Source: Negaprion brevirostris
Taxonomy: Eukaryota
Length of the DNA: 62,721 bases
Reading direction: 5' to 3'
Assembly: GCA_030324005.1 (NCBI GenBank)
Contig: JARDVH010000132.1
Span: 67,323,479 to 67,386,199 of the forward strand
Part shown: positions 48,447 to 60,639 of the stretch, in pieces
Numbering within the stretch: the first letter of the stretch is position 1
Layout: each line of letters starts with the position of its first letter
Notes under the pieces: generated by a model
Databases searched by the model: none
What the model saw: the letters and a program-made list of their open reading frames with translations, nothing else
Told to the model about the DNA's origin: nothing
Position numbers and translations under genes: made by a program

Positions 48447-48470
48447 TTTATTCAAAAGAAAATTTTTATT
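48447..48470 (-). terminator. Candidate PDK4 polyadenylation signals (two AATAAA)
   Basis: TTTATT on + at 48447-48452 and 48465-48470, about 1.4 kb downstream of the PDK4 stop. Confidence 0.4.
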
Positions 48471-49142
48471 TCAGCACTAAAAAGCACCTCATTCTGAAAG
48501 GCTGTTGTTCATATTGTTGTGGCCTCAATAATCACAATTCAATAATTATGTACCAAGTCATTATAAAACTATTTTGTATATTAAGGCAAGCACTTTGATT
48601 TCACAAATTCAGCAATGGTATGATAAATAGGCTTCAATTGTTATTTCCACAGAACGTCTGCATTCTCCATTCTAGTACACTGACAGATTTACAGACAGTT
48701 GTTCAATCTTTCATAGATCATTTAACAGTAAAACTTAACGTACTTTTATAACTAATTGCAAGGCACACCAGTAATCAGTAACTAGCAGAATCACAAAAAT
48801 GCATATGTGCATTCTTTGCATGGTGTCCAAAGAGTGGGATGAAGGTGAAAGCTGAATTCAACAGCAGCTAAAAAAAATCAAAAGCTGAGAATTTTCCCAG
48901 TTCTATCTTTTACCAATGCCATCCCAATCCATGCCCAAACTAAAATGATACACTGCTTCTTTTCTGAGACTCCTGCTGTGCCGGAAGTCACTGTTTTCTC
49001 CCCTTCAATTACTGTTCTTTTACATGAAACCTTGAAGGATCTTTCGTCCCTCACCAAAAAAGAGGGCATATCTGTTGAAACGCTTGCCAAGGGTGATACA
49101 ACGCAATGTGCTGCACAGCACTGACTGGCATCATAGAAGTGA

Positions 49143-49530
49143 AAGAACTTATATAAAGGATTTATATTGCATCCTTCAGAACCTCAAGACGTCCCAAAAT
49201 GAGTGTGCTTTTTGAAGAGCAGTCACTCTGTAGCTAACTTGTTCATGGTAAAGTTCTATGACCACCTGTTTGATAAATGACCAAATTTTCTTCTGGTGAT
49301 CGTGGTTCAGGCCTTTATATTTGGACCATTAGAGAGAACATCCCTGCTCTTCTCCTGAAAATATGTTTGAATTTCTGATGCTCAGTGATGAGGGCACAGC
49401 CTGATCACACAACAAATGATATCCTAGTCCTGTATTTACCCTCAGAGAAAGAGCATTGCCATCTGTGAAATCGATTAGTTGTAGCCCAGACACTGGAGTA
49501 ACAGGATACTGGTTCAACCCTGTAATTCCC
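49143..49530 (-). mobile_element. Degenerate Deu-domain SINE in the putative PDK4 3' UTR
   Basis: Aligns by eye to 31313-31697 (tttttgaag.g.agtcact, ccctgctcttct). Confidence 0.5.
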
Positions 49531-49900
49531 ACAATGCCAAGTTTCTAGTTCAGTCAAGCAGATGAAAGAAAACACAGCCACAGGATTAAATAACTGCAAG
49601 TCTACATACGTTGGCCTTATTTCTCCCTCCCCATTCTCATTCTGTAAATGAAGCATTCAATTCACACATTGCTGTTCCCTTTTGTCTGATGAACACTGGC
49701 CAATTCATTACTCAAATGCAATTTTGCCGTACTTGGTAATAACTATATGTATGTTTGAATGCTTTATACAAGGCTACATGATCCATAGCTCACCACCAAT
49801 TCATTTCCACACCAGGAGTAATTTTCTTTGGTAGTTTTATCCTGAAAGGTCACACTCTGATTGTGAACATTACTTGAACTTTCTACCTCAATGTTTTCCT

Positions 49901-50044
49901 TCAAATATGATGATCAAACTTGGCGAGGTTCTTGGGCTCACTGCTGGGAATACACCAGTCATCTGCTTCAGTCCTACTTTTGTAATGTTTCCAAGCAGAC
50001 TTATTGAAAACAGGCAATCTCTCCACTGAATCTGTAGATAAAGC
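49901..50044 (-). CDS. PDK4: PDK4 last coding exon 11 ([47 protein letters not shown])
   Basis: ttttcatag|GCT...TGA; 144 nt; C-terminal DW motif; [15 protein letters not shown] is PDK4-like; position tail-to-tail with ASB4. Confidence 0.95.
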   Translation of the reverse strand, partial: ALSTDSVERLPVFNKSAWKHYKSRTEADDWCIPSSEPKNLAKFDHHI

Positions 50045-52167
50045 CTATGAAAATAGTTACAAACATGATTATTTGGGAAGATTTTTTTCAAATGTATAAC
50101 ATTTAAATATTTTCAAATTAGCCACTGCAGTTCTTCAGTACCCACAATAAATAATTTAAAAATTAACAAGAGTTTGTTCTGCTGATTGAGCAAAGCAAAA
50201 AGTGACACTATCTGGTATCTTTTAAAGTGATCTCTAAATGAAAATACTATTTTGTCAGTGCACAGAATGGTTGACATTGTGCCTGAACACTAGAAATGCT
50301 TGTCACATTACAGTGGAACGTAACTTACAAATAATATACTTCTCCAAGTTTCAAAATAAAACATATTTTAATTTTTTTCTCCAAATAGCTTAATTGAATT
50401 CAGACATGTCATCAATTTGCATCTTTTTTGGGACATAGGAGATCTGTATATTAACCTTCTACACTCTGATCTAAATCTGTTCTACATTTTTTAGTGATTA
50501 TCAAAAAAAAACTTGGAAACAATTTTTTTGCTCTAATAGCATATGTCGTCACCCATGGCAACATCAAGCATTACCAGCTAAATGTAGAGTTAAACACCCA
50601 TACTTTGCCCCAACCCCAAAACTGTTTTAGATCTTAGAACTGTACAATGCAGAAGGAGGCCATTCAATCCATTGAACCTGTATGAGCAGTGAGCCATGGT
50701 TGCTGATTTAACTATTCTTGGACATACTAAAATCAGCAACCTTATTGGTTAGTGCAGGAATTACAGACAGTTTTGTGCTGAAAGACAATACAAATCAAGA
50801 TTGAGAATACTAAAATTTAATTCACAAAAAAACCCTTCTGGTCAATGAAAGAACATAGCATCTCTTGTTAAACCTGAATGAATTCTACACAGAACCCTCT
50901 AATGATTTTCAGAAGTTTCTGTATTTACACACTAAACTCACCACATAAAGTCTAGTAATTAATAGTTTAAGTATGCTATAATGATGTGATAAGTATTAAA
51001 GCCTATTCATGTCTTTTGCACAGAAAGTAAACAGGTTGTGAATGGTTTTAAATGGTTTATAAAAATGTTTTATTTTTAAAACCTTGCTTTTCTGTTCTCT
51101 TTTTGCTTTATCTTACGCCAATCTTTCTTACCCTATCATTTTTCTTTCTGTATCTGATTTGATGTTGAATTTACCCACTCTCATTCACCCTCTTTGCTTA
51201 TTTCTGAATCTTTTAAGCTCTCTGGTTGAGGTAGTCTGTTTGTTGAGTTATTCACCAAAGTTAGAGGTATCTTGGTATCTGAATAAAAGTCATATGGGCT
51301 TGAAATATTAACTCTGTTTCTTTCGCCACAGATGCTGCCAGCCCTGCTAAGTTTACCCAGCATTTTCTGTTCTTATTCCAGGTAGCCTGTTGATCTCACT
51401 GCACTGTTACCAGCTCACACTGCCAGCAATTTTGTGGGCATTTTATTTGAAATGTACATGTGCAATTGTAAGTCTATCCAATATTTTACACCCTCCACAA
51501 AATCAGGCCAATATATTTGTGATTTAAAGTGGTCACTTATTTGCAGTCTGGAAGAACTGTATGAAAAGTTCATTTGTTCAATATTGTACTGACCAGCTTT
51601 ACACACAATATCTCCTACTTCTTTAATTAACTGTATCCCTGCTTAGGCAATCATTTTCAGTGCCTTTACAAATTCCTGCAGGAAATTTAAAGGAAAGGTT
51701 ATATCTTCTTGTTTGGGTACATGGATAGAATTAGTAAAAGCGGAGTTGGAGCTAAAACTCCTGCATAAGAGTAAAATATCATGCTAGTCAAATTCTTACA
51801 TTCTGAACAAACTTTACACACATTCAAGGACCTGAGATCAGCGAGAACCCTCCAGCAATACCCTGGTTGCTTACATCACCGGAAATAGTCTCTGATTAGG
51901 AGGAGATAGTCTTGTTTTTTTAATAATGCAAGATTGGAAACTAAACAATGTTCTGTGTCTTGTAATGAAGAGCGTATATCTGTCACTTGGAGGGAGAGAG
52001 CTGCCTCAGGGGTTTCTCTAGGGTAGTGCCCCCTATGTTTGAATCATGAATAAATGATCGTAACCTGCCTTAGAAACTCCGGTGGTTTGTTGGAAGAAGT
52101 CCACCACAACACCTCTTTATCTGCACACGGTTTTTAAGTAATTAAAATTCCATGACCTTTAAATTAC

Positions 52168-52281
52168 CTTTAAATAAATAATAGCATCTGTACCATGTCC
52201 TTCCATAGAATACAGGTTAAGGTCCCCTTGAAAATACTTAGCATAGAGGCGAGAAATAGGGAGTCCATATCCAAAACCAGC
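52168..52281 (-). CDS. PDK4: PDK4 exon 10 ([38 protein letters not shown]), G2 box
   Basis: gttaacag|GCT...AAG|gtaatt; 114 nt; [14 protein letters not shown] and DAIIYLK match human PDK4. Confidence 0.96.
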
Positions 52282-52519
52282 CTGTTAACGAAGTGAAGGA
52301 ATTAATTATTTTGGCAGCCAATGCAAGGTAGCTCCAATACTCAAAATGGCTAAGTATAAATTTTCTGTAATAATAAAAAAGTCAACCTTCCTGGAGTTAT
52401 GTATCATGGTCACATTGGCATGTAAAGGCCCTTCAAACACTTCACTGCTGTGAAGGCACATATTTAACGTTCAATTTGCTTTAGTAACTGAAACAGATTG
52501 CTGATTAGTCAAAATTCAC

Positions 52520-53232
52520 TCAGCCAGTTCATGGGATGAAGGGACTATGCTACGAGGAAGGATTGAGTGGGTTGGGCCTGTACTCACTGGAGTTAAGGAG
52601 AATGAGAGGTGACCTTGTTNNNNNNNNNNAAAGATTCTGAGGGGGGGTGTTTGATTGGGTAGATGTTGAGAGGGTGTTTCCCCTTGTAAGGGAATCTAGA
52701 ACTAAGGGGTACAGTTTAAAGATAAGAGGTCTCCCATTTAGGACTACAGGGCAGAAGGTTTAGAGGGGAAGTGGGGAAAAATGTATTCACCTAAAGGGTG
52801 GTGGTGGGAGTCTGGAACTCGCCACCAAGAAGCATTTAGATGTGCACTTGTGATGCAGGTATATAATGTTATGAACCAAGTGCTGGAAATGGGAATAAAA
52901 TAGTCTGGTGGTTTGTCTTTGACCAGTGCAGTCTCAATGGGCCAAATGGCCTGGTCCTATGCTGTATTTATCTATGACTCTATGAAGAGGAATTTCTTCT
53001 TTCAGAGAGTCATTATTCTTTGAAATTCTCATCGCCAGACAGCAGTGGAGGTTGCATTATTGAATATAGGCATGGCTGAGTTGGACAGATTTTTGATCAA
53101 CAAGTGAGTCAAGGGTTATGTGGACAGGCAGGAAAGTGGAGTTATGGCCACAATCAGATCAACCATAATCTAATGGAAAGGCAGAGCAGGATCAAGGTGC
53201 TGAATGGCCGAATACTGCTCCTAGTTCTTAGG
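52520..53232 (+). mobile_element. CR1 LINE 3' end(s)
   Basis: gggatgaagggact...tactcactggagtt...agaatgagaggtgacct; CR1 tail gaatggccgaatactgctcctagttctta. A similar 3' end lies at about 35780-36070. Confidence 0.75.
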
Positions 53233-54109
53233 ACATTGGGTCATAACTTCTGGATTACCAGTNNNNNNNNNNNNNNNNNNNNNNNNNNNNNNNNNNNNNN
53301 NNNNNNNTCAGAAATTCACAGGTAAGGAATTGCTTGGCAACTACCCACAAGTGCCAACTTCACCTGAACAATTGCATTGTGTTATTAACTATTCAGTAAA
53401 ACATTTAAATTGCTAACTTCAGATGGCTTCACCAGGGTCACGCTAATAGTTACTCAGAAAAGGTCAGAAGAATAAAACCTCTTAACTTCTACATAACCAT
53501 TTTAAACACCCAGACCGATCCCAGCACAGGATTCCCTCCATTCCCACAATCCACCTGGACCCCCACCCTCAGCATCCAGCACCAGTGTCCATTACACCTC
53601 GACCCCCTTAATCTCCAACCCCTTGCCACCCCCACCCCTAACATCCAAACATACACCAAGGAGCAAGTTTGAGTATAGATGTGCTACTAGTTATGTTAAA
53701 CTGTAGATCATGTTATCTTTTCTTTAATTCCCCAGTATAAAAGCAACATCACTTCTAACAGAAGACAACTGAAAGGCTTGAGCCAATACAGGTTAGCAAT
53801 TTCCAAAGTGTTAAATACAAAGAAGTGTAGAAAAATATCAGCAGTTTGTAAGTGCCTGAAAATAATGTAGCACATTAGTTCCAGAAGAATATTTTCAAAT
53901 TAACAAAACTAAAGGATATAAAACATACTTAGTCAAGAAAAAATATGGCAGCAAAGCACTTCAATTTTCTGGACTGTACAGCAGATCTTAACTTTTCTAA
54001 GTGCAACTGATAAGGCACCTTACATCTTGCTAGACTCAGTATTGAGTTCAACAATTTCAGACTGTGAATTCTGTCCCCCATTTTGTAATTTTTCCCCAGT
54101 GCCAGTCTA

Positions 54110-54233
54110 TGGGCGGGATTCTACAACCTTGCTCATCTTGAAACTGTAAAATCCCATCCGAAGTCGATGGGCCTTTTGAACGCCCCTCACCCACTCCGAT
54201 TTTCATGGCAGGCAGGATGGTAAAATTTCAATC
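54110..54233. mobile_element. ~125 bp MITE family; related copies at about 2119-2245, 9810-9935, 2620-2720 and 45147-45210
   Basis: Shared core aaaatccca.cc.a.gtcaa.ggacc; GGGCGGGATT...-type ends; flanked by tat...tat. Confidence 0.55.
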
Positions 54234-55175
54234 TATCTCTTCTCATGTTTTTCTTTTAAAACTGCAATGAACTTTATTCCGCTATTAAAACTCTCTGCTA
54301 CTTTGTTTTCAGACAGTGTTGACTTTTATTCTGCTATTAACACCTACTTTGAATCAATGCTTTGTTCCTCTACTACTACCATTCCCACTCTCTTTGACTT
54401 TTGTTCCAAGATATATTTGTAATTTAATTTCCACATCCTCTTAACCTATTCCTCACCTTCCCATTTTGCTCCACCTGACCCTTTCCCTTTGTAACAGGAT
54501 AAAACCCATCACACTTCTGCCTCTATTCAGTGTCAAGGGGGAGTCATAATGGACTCAAAATGTCAACTCTGTGCCTCTCTCCAAAGATACGGCCAGGCCT
54601 GCTGAATTTCTTCAGCACGTTTTTTTATTTCAGATCTCCAGTATCCACAGTATTTTCCTTTCATCAACTTCTCAATTAATTTTTTTAACTAATTCGCCAA
54701 TAAAAAATGCCCTTCCTGGCTTTTCGTGAACTCTTCGCAGAACAAAACTATCAAGAATAATCAGATGTGGAATGACTCATCTTTATACTAGTTTCAGTGC
54801 ACAAATTACATAAATTTTTGTTTCTTCGTCTTTGTTAAGCAGTAAACACATCTGTAGTTCACAATTGACAAATAAAAAAAGGTTCATTCATAACTTCACA
54901 TCGCATGCCTTCACCCAATTTCTTAGATTCATGCGTAGTAACCGTTATGATCAGAGAGAATAAAAGCACTTTAACAAGGAACAAGCAGCACTTATTGAAC
55001 CAGCTCTTCACACTGTGCTGCTAGTGGCAGCAAGACTCTGCATCTCACTGAATTCTTCTGGAATGCAGCTACAAACATACGGTCCATAACGCACCAGCCA
55101 CAGAAAGGATGCATTGGCCTATTATAGTTCTGATGTAAACTGAGTGCGCCTTTTTAAGCACTGTTTGTGATCAGA

Positions 55176-55278
55176 ACACCCCACTCACCTGATGAAGGGG
55201 CAAAGGCCCGAAAACTAGTGGCATTTGCTACCAGATCAAGCTGTTGGACTTTCACCTGGTGTTGCGAGACTTCTTACT
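55176..55278 (+). mobile_element. Penelope pLTR fragment with hammerhead-like core
   Basis: cacCTGATGAagggg...cccGAAAactagtg...ctgttggactttcacctggtgttgcgagacttcttact. Confidence 0.7.
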
Positions 55279-55989
55279 ACTTTTATAGTCCACCATACAT
55301 CTCTAGAATACACAGGTTGCCTGTAAAAGGCCAGTACATTGCTTCAACGGCACCTTAAAAATGCTAGTGATCAGCGTAACAACATCCAGATGCACTCAGT
55401 AGGAGAACATGCAGTTATGTAGTTTAATTAAATACCTATTTGTGAACACATTGACTTGTGCTTAACACAAGGGCGTGAAACCAACTTGTCCCCTTCCTAC
55501 AGCTTCAAATGCTGCTTTTCAATGGCACTGCAAGTTATTTAAAGCCCTAAGCATGAGCATTCTTGAGCTAGTTCAAATTCTTCAGTGGCTGAGGTATCCT
55601 TCCCACTTATCGATTAAGATAATTAATGTATAAAGGATTCTTAGAGGGGCTTCACAGCTATTATCCTTGAATTTGATTTGATGATGTTAAAATATACGTT
55701 AATGAAACTTTTTGTTATTATTCTATAACTTAGTGCATATATTTTCCAGTAGTGAACTGAACAGTTTTAGCACTGCAAACCTTAAGTATTTTCTGCTGTT
55801 TTACTTATAAACTATAACGAGGTAAAAGGACAAGCGCTAATGAAAAAAGGGAATGGGGCTAATTGGATAATTATTTCAAAGAGCTGGCATCTGCATGCAT
55901 GTTGGGCTAAATGGCCTCCTCCTTTGCTGTCCAATTCTACAATAATTCTACAGAGGTAAATGTATGTTTCATATCTTTGATACTTCTAT

Positions 55990-56272
55990 GGGGCAACATG
56001 GTAGCTCAGTGGTTAGCACTGCTTCTTCACAGCGCCAGGGACCTGCGTTCGATTCCCGGCTTGGGTATCTGTCTGTGTGGAATTTACACGTTTTCCCCGT
56101 GTCTGCATGGGTTTTTCCTCTGGGTGCTCTGGTCTGCTCCCACATTCTGAAAGACATGCTGGTTAGGTGCATTGACCAGAACAGGTGCCAGACTGAAGTG
56201 ACTAGGGGATTTTCACAATAACTTCATTGCAGTGTTAATGTAAGCCTTACTTGTGACTAATAAATAAACTTT
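55990..56272 (+). mobile_element. Full-length V-SINE (tail B) with intact Pol III A and B boxes
   Basis: A box TAGCTCAGTGG 56002-56012; B box GTTCGATTCCC 56047-56057; ends ctaataaataaacttt. Confidence 0.9.
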
Positions 56273-57229
56273 TATATTTCCTTAATTAAAACTACTTCGT
56301 TTCCTTTTCCTTAATGCTATTTTTCAAACTGTATTCAAACACTTTTAGCATTGACCTGTTCATTTTCCTGAATGTACATGATTCACTTTCTCAGACTGCA
56401 ATCCAAAAGTCCTGATTCACACTTTTTGCCAATGACTTTCCATCTCAGAGCACTAGACTGCAGAATCCCTACAAGGCTTTGTCGTTCCTGAGCTGCTTGA
56501 ATTATATCTGGTACAATAATTATTTCCTGGTCAGATAAACAGGTTTTGCTGTCATGACTCCAAGTTTACATGGCTGCACCACATTTAGCTTGCACTGTGA
56601 CCGATACAGGAAAGACAAATTTGAAGCCCATGGATTAAAAGTAGCTCTGATCCTGACAATCCTCAAAGCACAAGTAACTCAATTTTACTTCATATTTGGT
56701 GTTTGAAGTTTGTAAGTCTGGGGATTTGGAAGTGACTGGTGAAGGTGCCTAACAGTGGAGAAAATTCTAAATCCAAACATGTATACCTGTTAATTTGAAC
56801 AATTCAAAATGTATGTAAATTAATGGAACATTGAGTTAAATCTTAAGCATTACCCAGATGGCTCTATGCCAATGCAGCTGACAAAAAACAAAGGCTTGAA
56901 TACACCTGGTATTCCACTATACAAAACAGAAGAGAAAGTGAATACTCAATGACCCTATGGGAAGTGGAAAACAAAATAATAGCGGTTATTGGGAAAAGAA
57001 GAGAATGTGCAGAATCAGATGACAATAAAATTGGGTCTGCCACAATTGAAATCTGGCCACAAAATCCTGGGTAAAGAATAGACAAGCGGCACAAGAACTC
57101 TGAGATCTGTGCAGTTAGACTTGAGCAAACATTTTAAAAAGATGGGAGGAAAAATCTATGGGATGGGAGTGGTGGAAAGAACAAAGCAAAAGGCACATTC
57201 ATATGCAATTATATACGTGGATTCCTTAC

Positions 57230-57340
57230 CAGAGGAGCTGTATGGAAATTCTGAACTACTGGATTAGGAGCTGTGGAATACATGTAACTGAATAATCGAT
57301 CAATTTTACGGAGAGGGACGCCACCACCTCTGTCAGAAAT
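57230..57340 (-). CDS. PDK4: PDK4 exon 9 ([37 protein letters not shown]), G1 box
   Basis: cttttag|ATT...CTG|gtaagg; 111 nt; DRGGG motif. Confidence 0.95.
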
Positions 57341-59003
57341 CTAAAAGTAAACGTAATTTTGATCATCATCAGTGCTGGTTTCAGAGAACTCAAAGGAATA
57401 AATAAAACTTAGTGAGAAAAATCTATTCAACTCAAATCAATTATATATTATGTATACATTCACAAATTAATGATAGGAATGAGAAAGGTCATTTGGCCTA
57501 TTTGATTTGACAATGCAGAAATCCAAAGGCCTCCCCTCTCAAAACATCCAAATTCTTCATAAATGGTTCATGACTAGTTTATCTTGATGTGTATTCCATT
57601 TGTTGATCACTACATGTGGGTAAAACAAGTTTCAGGTACTCGTTCTTCTCCACTTTGAACCTGCATCGGCTAGCTCTACTCCTGTCAATTAAAGTTACAT
57701 CCAGGTTAATATTTTCTTTACTGTATCTAACATTGCAAAGGATAACGATCTGCTGCTCGCAGGGGATTATGTTCCCATGAAACCTCACAAATGGCAGAAT
57801 CGCAAATTAGAAACATGCTTTTGAACGGGATGCACTTAGCTAAGTTCCAGACATTTGAGGGCAGCACTGGTTAGGGCAGATACTCTACAGAAACTTGTTC
57901 TCATTATATGTATTTGCATGCACTTTTACCAAAGTTACCAGGTGCTGGTGTGGCGCAGGAAAGCTGATTTCTAAGGCCAAACATTATTGCCCAAGCTGAG
58001 ATCAGCTAGCCCAGTACAGATCCACAGACCCTCCTGCTCTGTACAGTTCAGTAACTTACTGAATAAACTTGCAAAGATGTCAGTGAGCGTAACTGATCCC
58101 AACAATTACTTGCTGAATCCTCCATTTTAGCATAGCATTCCAATCCATCAGAGTCCCTTACTGATGACTCAATACTCTGGAAATCATGTCTAACAGTGTT
58201 AAATTTGCCAGAGTATATCTGTCTCGGCTTTCAAAAATCTTCTGAAAAATTAATGATGAAGCTGATATCTTAAGGTAAATTAACCGATCCCACATTTGAG
58301 TGGTGCTCAAAGGATGTACTTATCAAGGAGCCAGTGCATTTTCAGGTTTATTCCTTTATTCTAGCTGCACTTCTGTTGCAATCATTTCAGTCCCTACTCT
58401 GACATGGCTGCCACCTGACTCCAGAGAAAGAGAAGAGAGAGAAGAAAATGCAGATTGTCTTGGATAAATGAAAACACGAACAAGGAAGTTGAAAAAGGTG
58501 GGACTTTACTGTACCTGTGCCCAATTACTTCTCAAACACCACCACTCACATTTCTTTGTCTTAAACTTCACTGCAATTGTTCTGTCCAGTTGAATACCTT
58601 TCCCAACTAATTTTGTAGCTCATTGGTTGCCCCGAACAAATGCAATACCTCATCCCTCTTATCTGAAAGTTTCTAAATCTTGGGTTGATAATGTAAGTTA
58701 GAGGCACCCTTGATCCCTGACTGTATCCTCAGATATCCCAGTCAGTACTTGAACCTTCCCATTTTTTAAGATGGAATAGTAGACTAATGGCTCAGTAGTT
58801 GTCATTTATTGTGTAGAACAACTGCTCCATAATTATTTTCAGTGCTTCACAAATCTGTTCCATAGGTCCTTTCAGCACTCTGTGACTAATAAACTATTCA
58901 TCCCTAGGGACTTTTTTTGAATCAGTCCACGACTTTGATCTCTTTTATAACAATGTCAATCAAGTCTCCTTGACAGTGTCCAAACTGAATTCATTAAACT
59001 TAC

Positions 59004-59102
59004 TTTAACGGTAAGGTCTTCATTTCCTAAAGCAACCATTACTTTAATAGGAGGGAGAGTGGTTTTGGATTTGTTATTCTCTACTGTAGCTCGCATTGCA
59101 TT
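59004..59102 (-). CDS. PDK4: PDK4 exon 8 ([33 protein letters not shown]), N-box
   Basis: tatttcag|AAT...AAA|gtaagt; 99 nt; KNAMRAT N-box of the GHKL kinase fold. Confidence 0.95.
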
Positions 59103-59708
59103 CTGAAATAGAACAGAAGTCCAGAGACACAGTTTATATAAGGATTATGATATTTATGGGGTATTTTTCTGATACCATATTTCCAGAAGCTGTACTTATT
59201 AATATGTGCTATTATTGTCTGAGATTCCCAGTCTCACTGTTGAAATGAAACCTAGTTTAGGTGAAAAAAAAATACCCTATACTATCTACAATCTATAAAA
59301 GTTAATCTATAAACCCATCTCTGGGTTCTGTAGTTCTGTTCCAGCCACATTAATTTGTTCCCACGTACAATTCTCACAGCTGACATGAAATTAATTCCAA
59401 ACAAAAATAGAAATCTGGTACAAAAACAAATAATTATCCCAATACTACTGGGAGCTGTGTATAAATCATGGAATGCTTTTGACTGCTTTACCAGAATTGT
59501 AGTGAATTTCAAATTACAGAATTCAGGGGAGTTTCCCCATTCCCACTCTGCCCAGGCTCTATGATTTACAATTGTGACCCAGCATTAAGTTTCACTGGAT
59601 TTAACCAGTCAAACCAGTTGCTAAAGAGCTTTACTCACATAACCTGTTGCCATGCTACTCCACTTCATAATTACAGTTGACAGTCAGCAAAGGGTTGTTG
59701 ATCCTTAC

Positions 59709-59785
59709 CTTAAAAAGTTCAAACAACATGTGGTATAAATGGGAAGGAACATAGACAATTTGAATAGGATGACCCGAGGCTTTTC
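59709..59785 (-). CDS. PDK4: PDK4 exon 7 (GKASGHPIQIVYVPSHLYHMLFELFK)
   Basis: ctcccaaag|GA...AAG|gtaagg; 77 nt; conserved YVPSHL-HMLFELFK. Exons 1-6 were not found and presumably lie right of the window. Confidence 0.95.
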
Positions 59786-60289
59786 CTTTGGGAGAGAAGG
59801 GAAGAAAATACATGCATGTAGATACTGGCAATTGTTCTGCTGTAATTAAAAGATTATGAAGTTCAGTTTCTAGCTTTTTTTACTTTCAGTTAGTGCTGTC
59901 ATATAAAACTAAATAAACGTTAGTATTAGTTGGGCTGTCAATTTGGCCACAAGTTTAATAACTTCAGTACTTAAAGACTGCAGTTTTCAAATACCATATA
60001 TCACATTTAAACAACAAATTGGCTTTGGTAGATCTCTTAATTATGGAGCAGAATTAAGGAATATGTACAATACTTAGTTCATGATTTACAGGAGTGCAAA
60101 AACAAATCAATCATTAATTTGAAGTAATGTCTCAGCATTCCATCCAGATTTGGTTTTGAGGAGGATATTTCTAAAGCATAACCATATTTTAAACATATTT
60201 TTCCTATATTTGTATGAATCTCAAAATTGAGAGTTTGAGGCTATACTCCAAACAGATATTTTAATGCAATAGTTAAAGGATGTGTTAAC

Positions 60290-60570
60290 ATTTTTGAAAA
60301 CACCACATCCTTTTGTTGGAGACATTAAACAGTTGCCCTAACCTTTGTTCAGTTGGATGTAAAAGACCACTTGGCATATTTTCAAAGGAAAACAGAGTTC
60401 TCCCCATAGTTCAACAAACATTCATCCTTCAACACAACGCCAACAGATTTGGATGGCCATTTACCTTACATTCCTTGAAGTAAATTAGCTTGTGTTTGCC
60501 TGCATTTATTGACTACAAATATAGTTATTGGCTGCAAAGCACTTGAGGTTATCAAGAAGTTGCAAAAGGC
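60290..60570 (+). mobile_element. Degenerate Deu-domain SINE
   Basis: ggatgtaaaaga...ggca.atttt.aaagga...gagttctccc is the reverse complement of the core at 31490-31560. Confidence 0.55.
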
Positions 60571-60639
60571 AAAATAACACATTCACTTTAATTCCATTAT
60601 CCAATAATTAACACTAAATTCCAATTCTGCTTTTTAGCA

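Noticed and set aside
48878-49124. Short ORFs on both strands downstream of the PDK4 stop
   Set aside because: No recognisable motif; they lie in the inferred PDK4 3' UTR.
56858-57074. ~70-codon open + strand frame bounded by cccag and G|gtaaag inside PDK4 intron 9
   Set aside because: No recognisable protein, a weak polypyrimidine tract, and no partner exons; likely chance.
58600-58960. Possible extra PDK4 exon in intron 8
   Set aside because: The minus strand reads as a decayed CR1 RT segment (KS.G...RVLK..MEQICEALKII) with stops and frameshifts.
60590-60610. Reverse DNGI motif as the upstream DNAH7 exon (FSIDNGII)
   Set aside because: The flanking codons do not match GLPSDSFS, and there is no splice donor.
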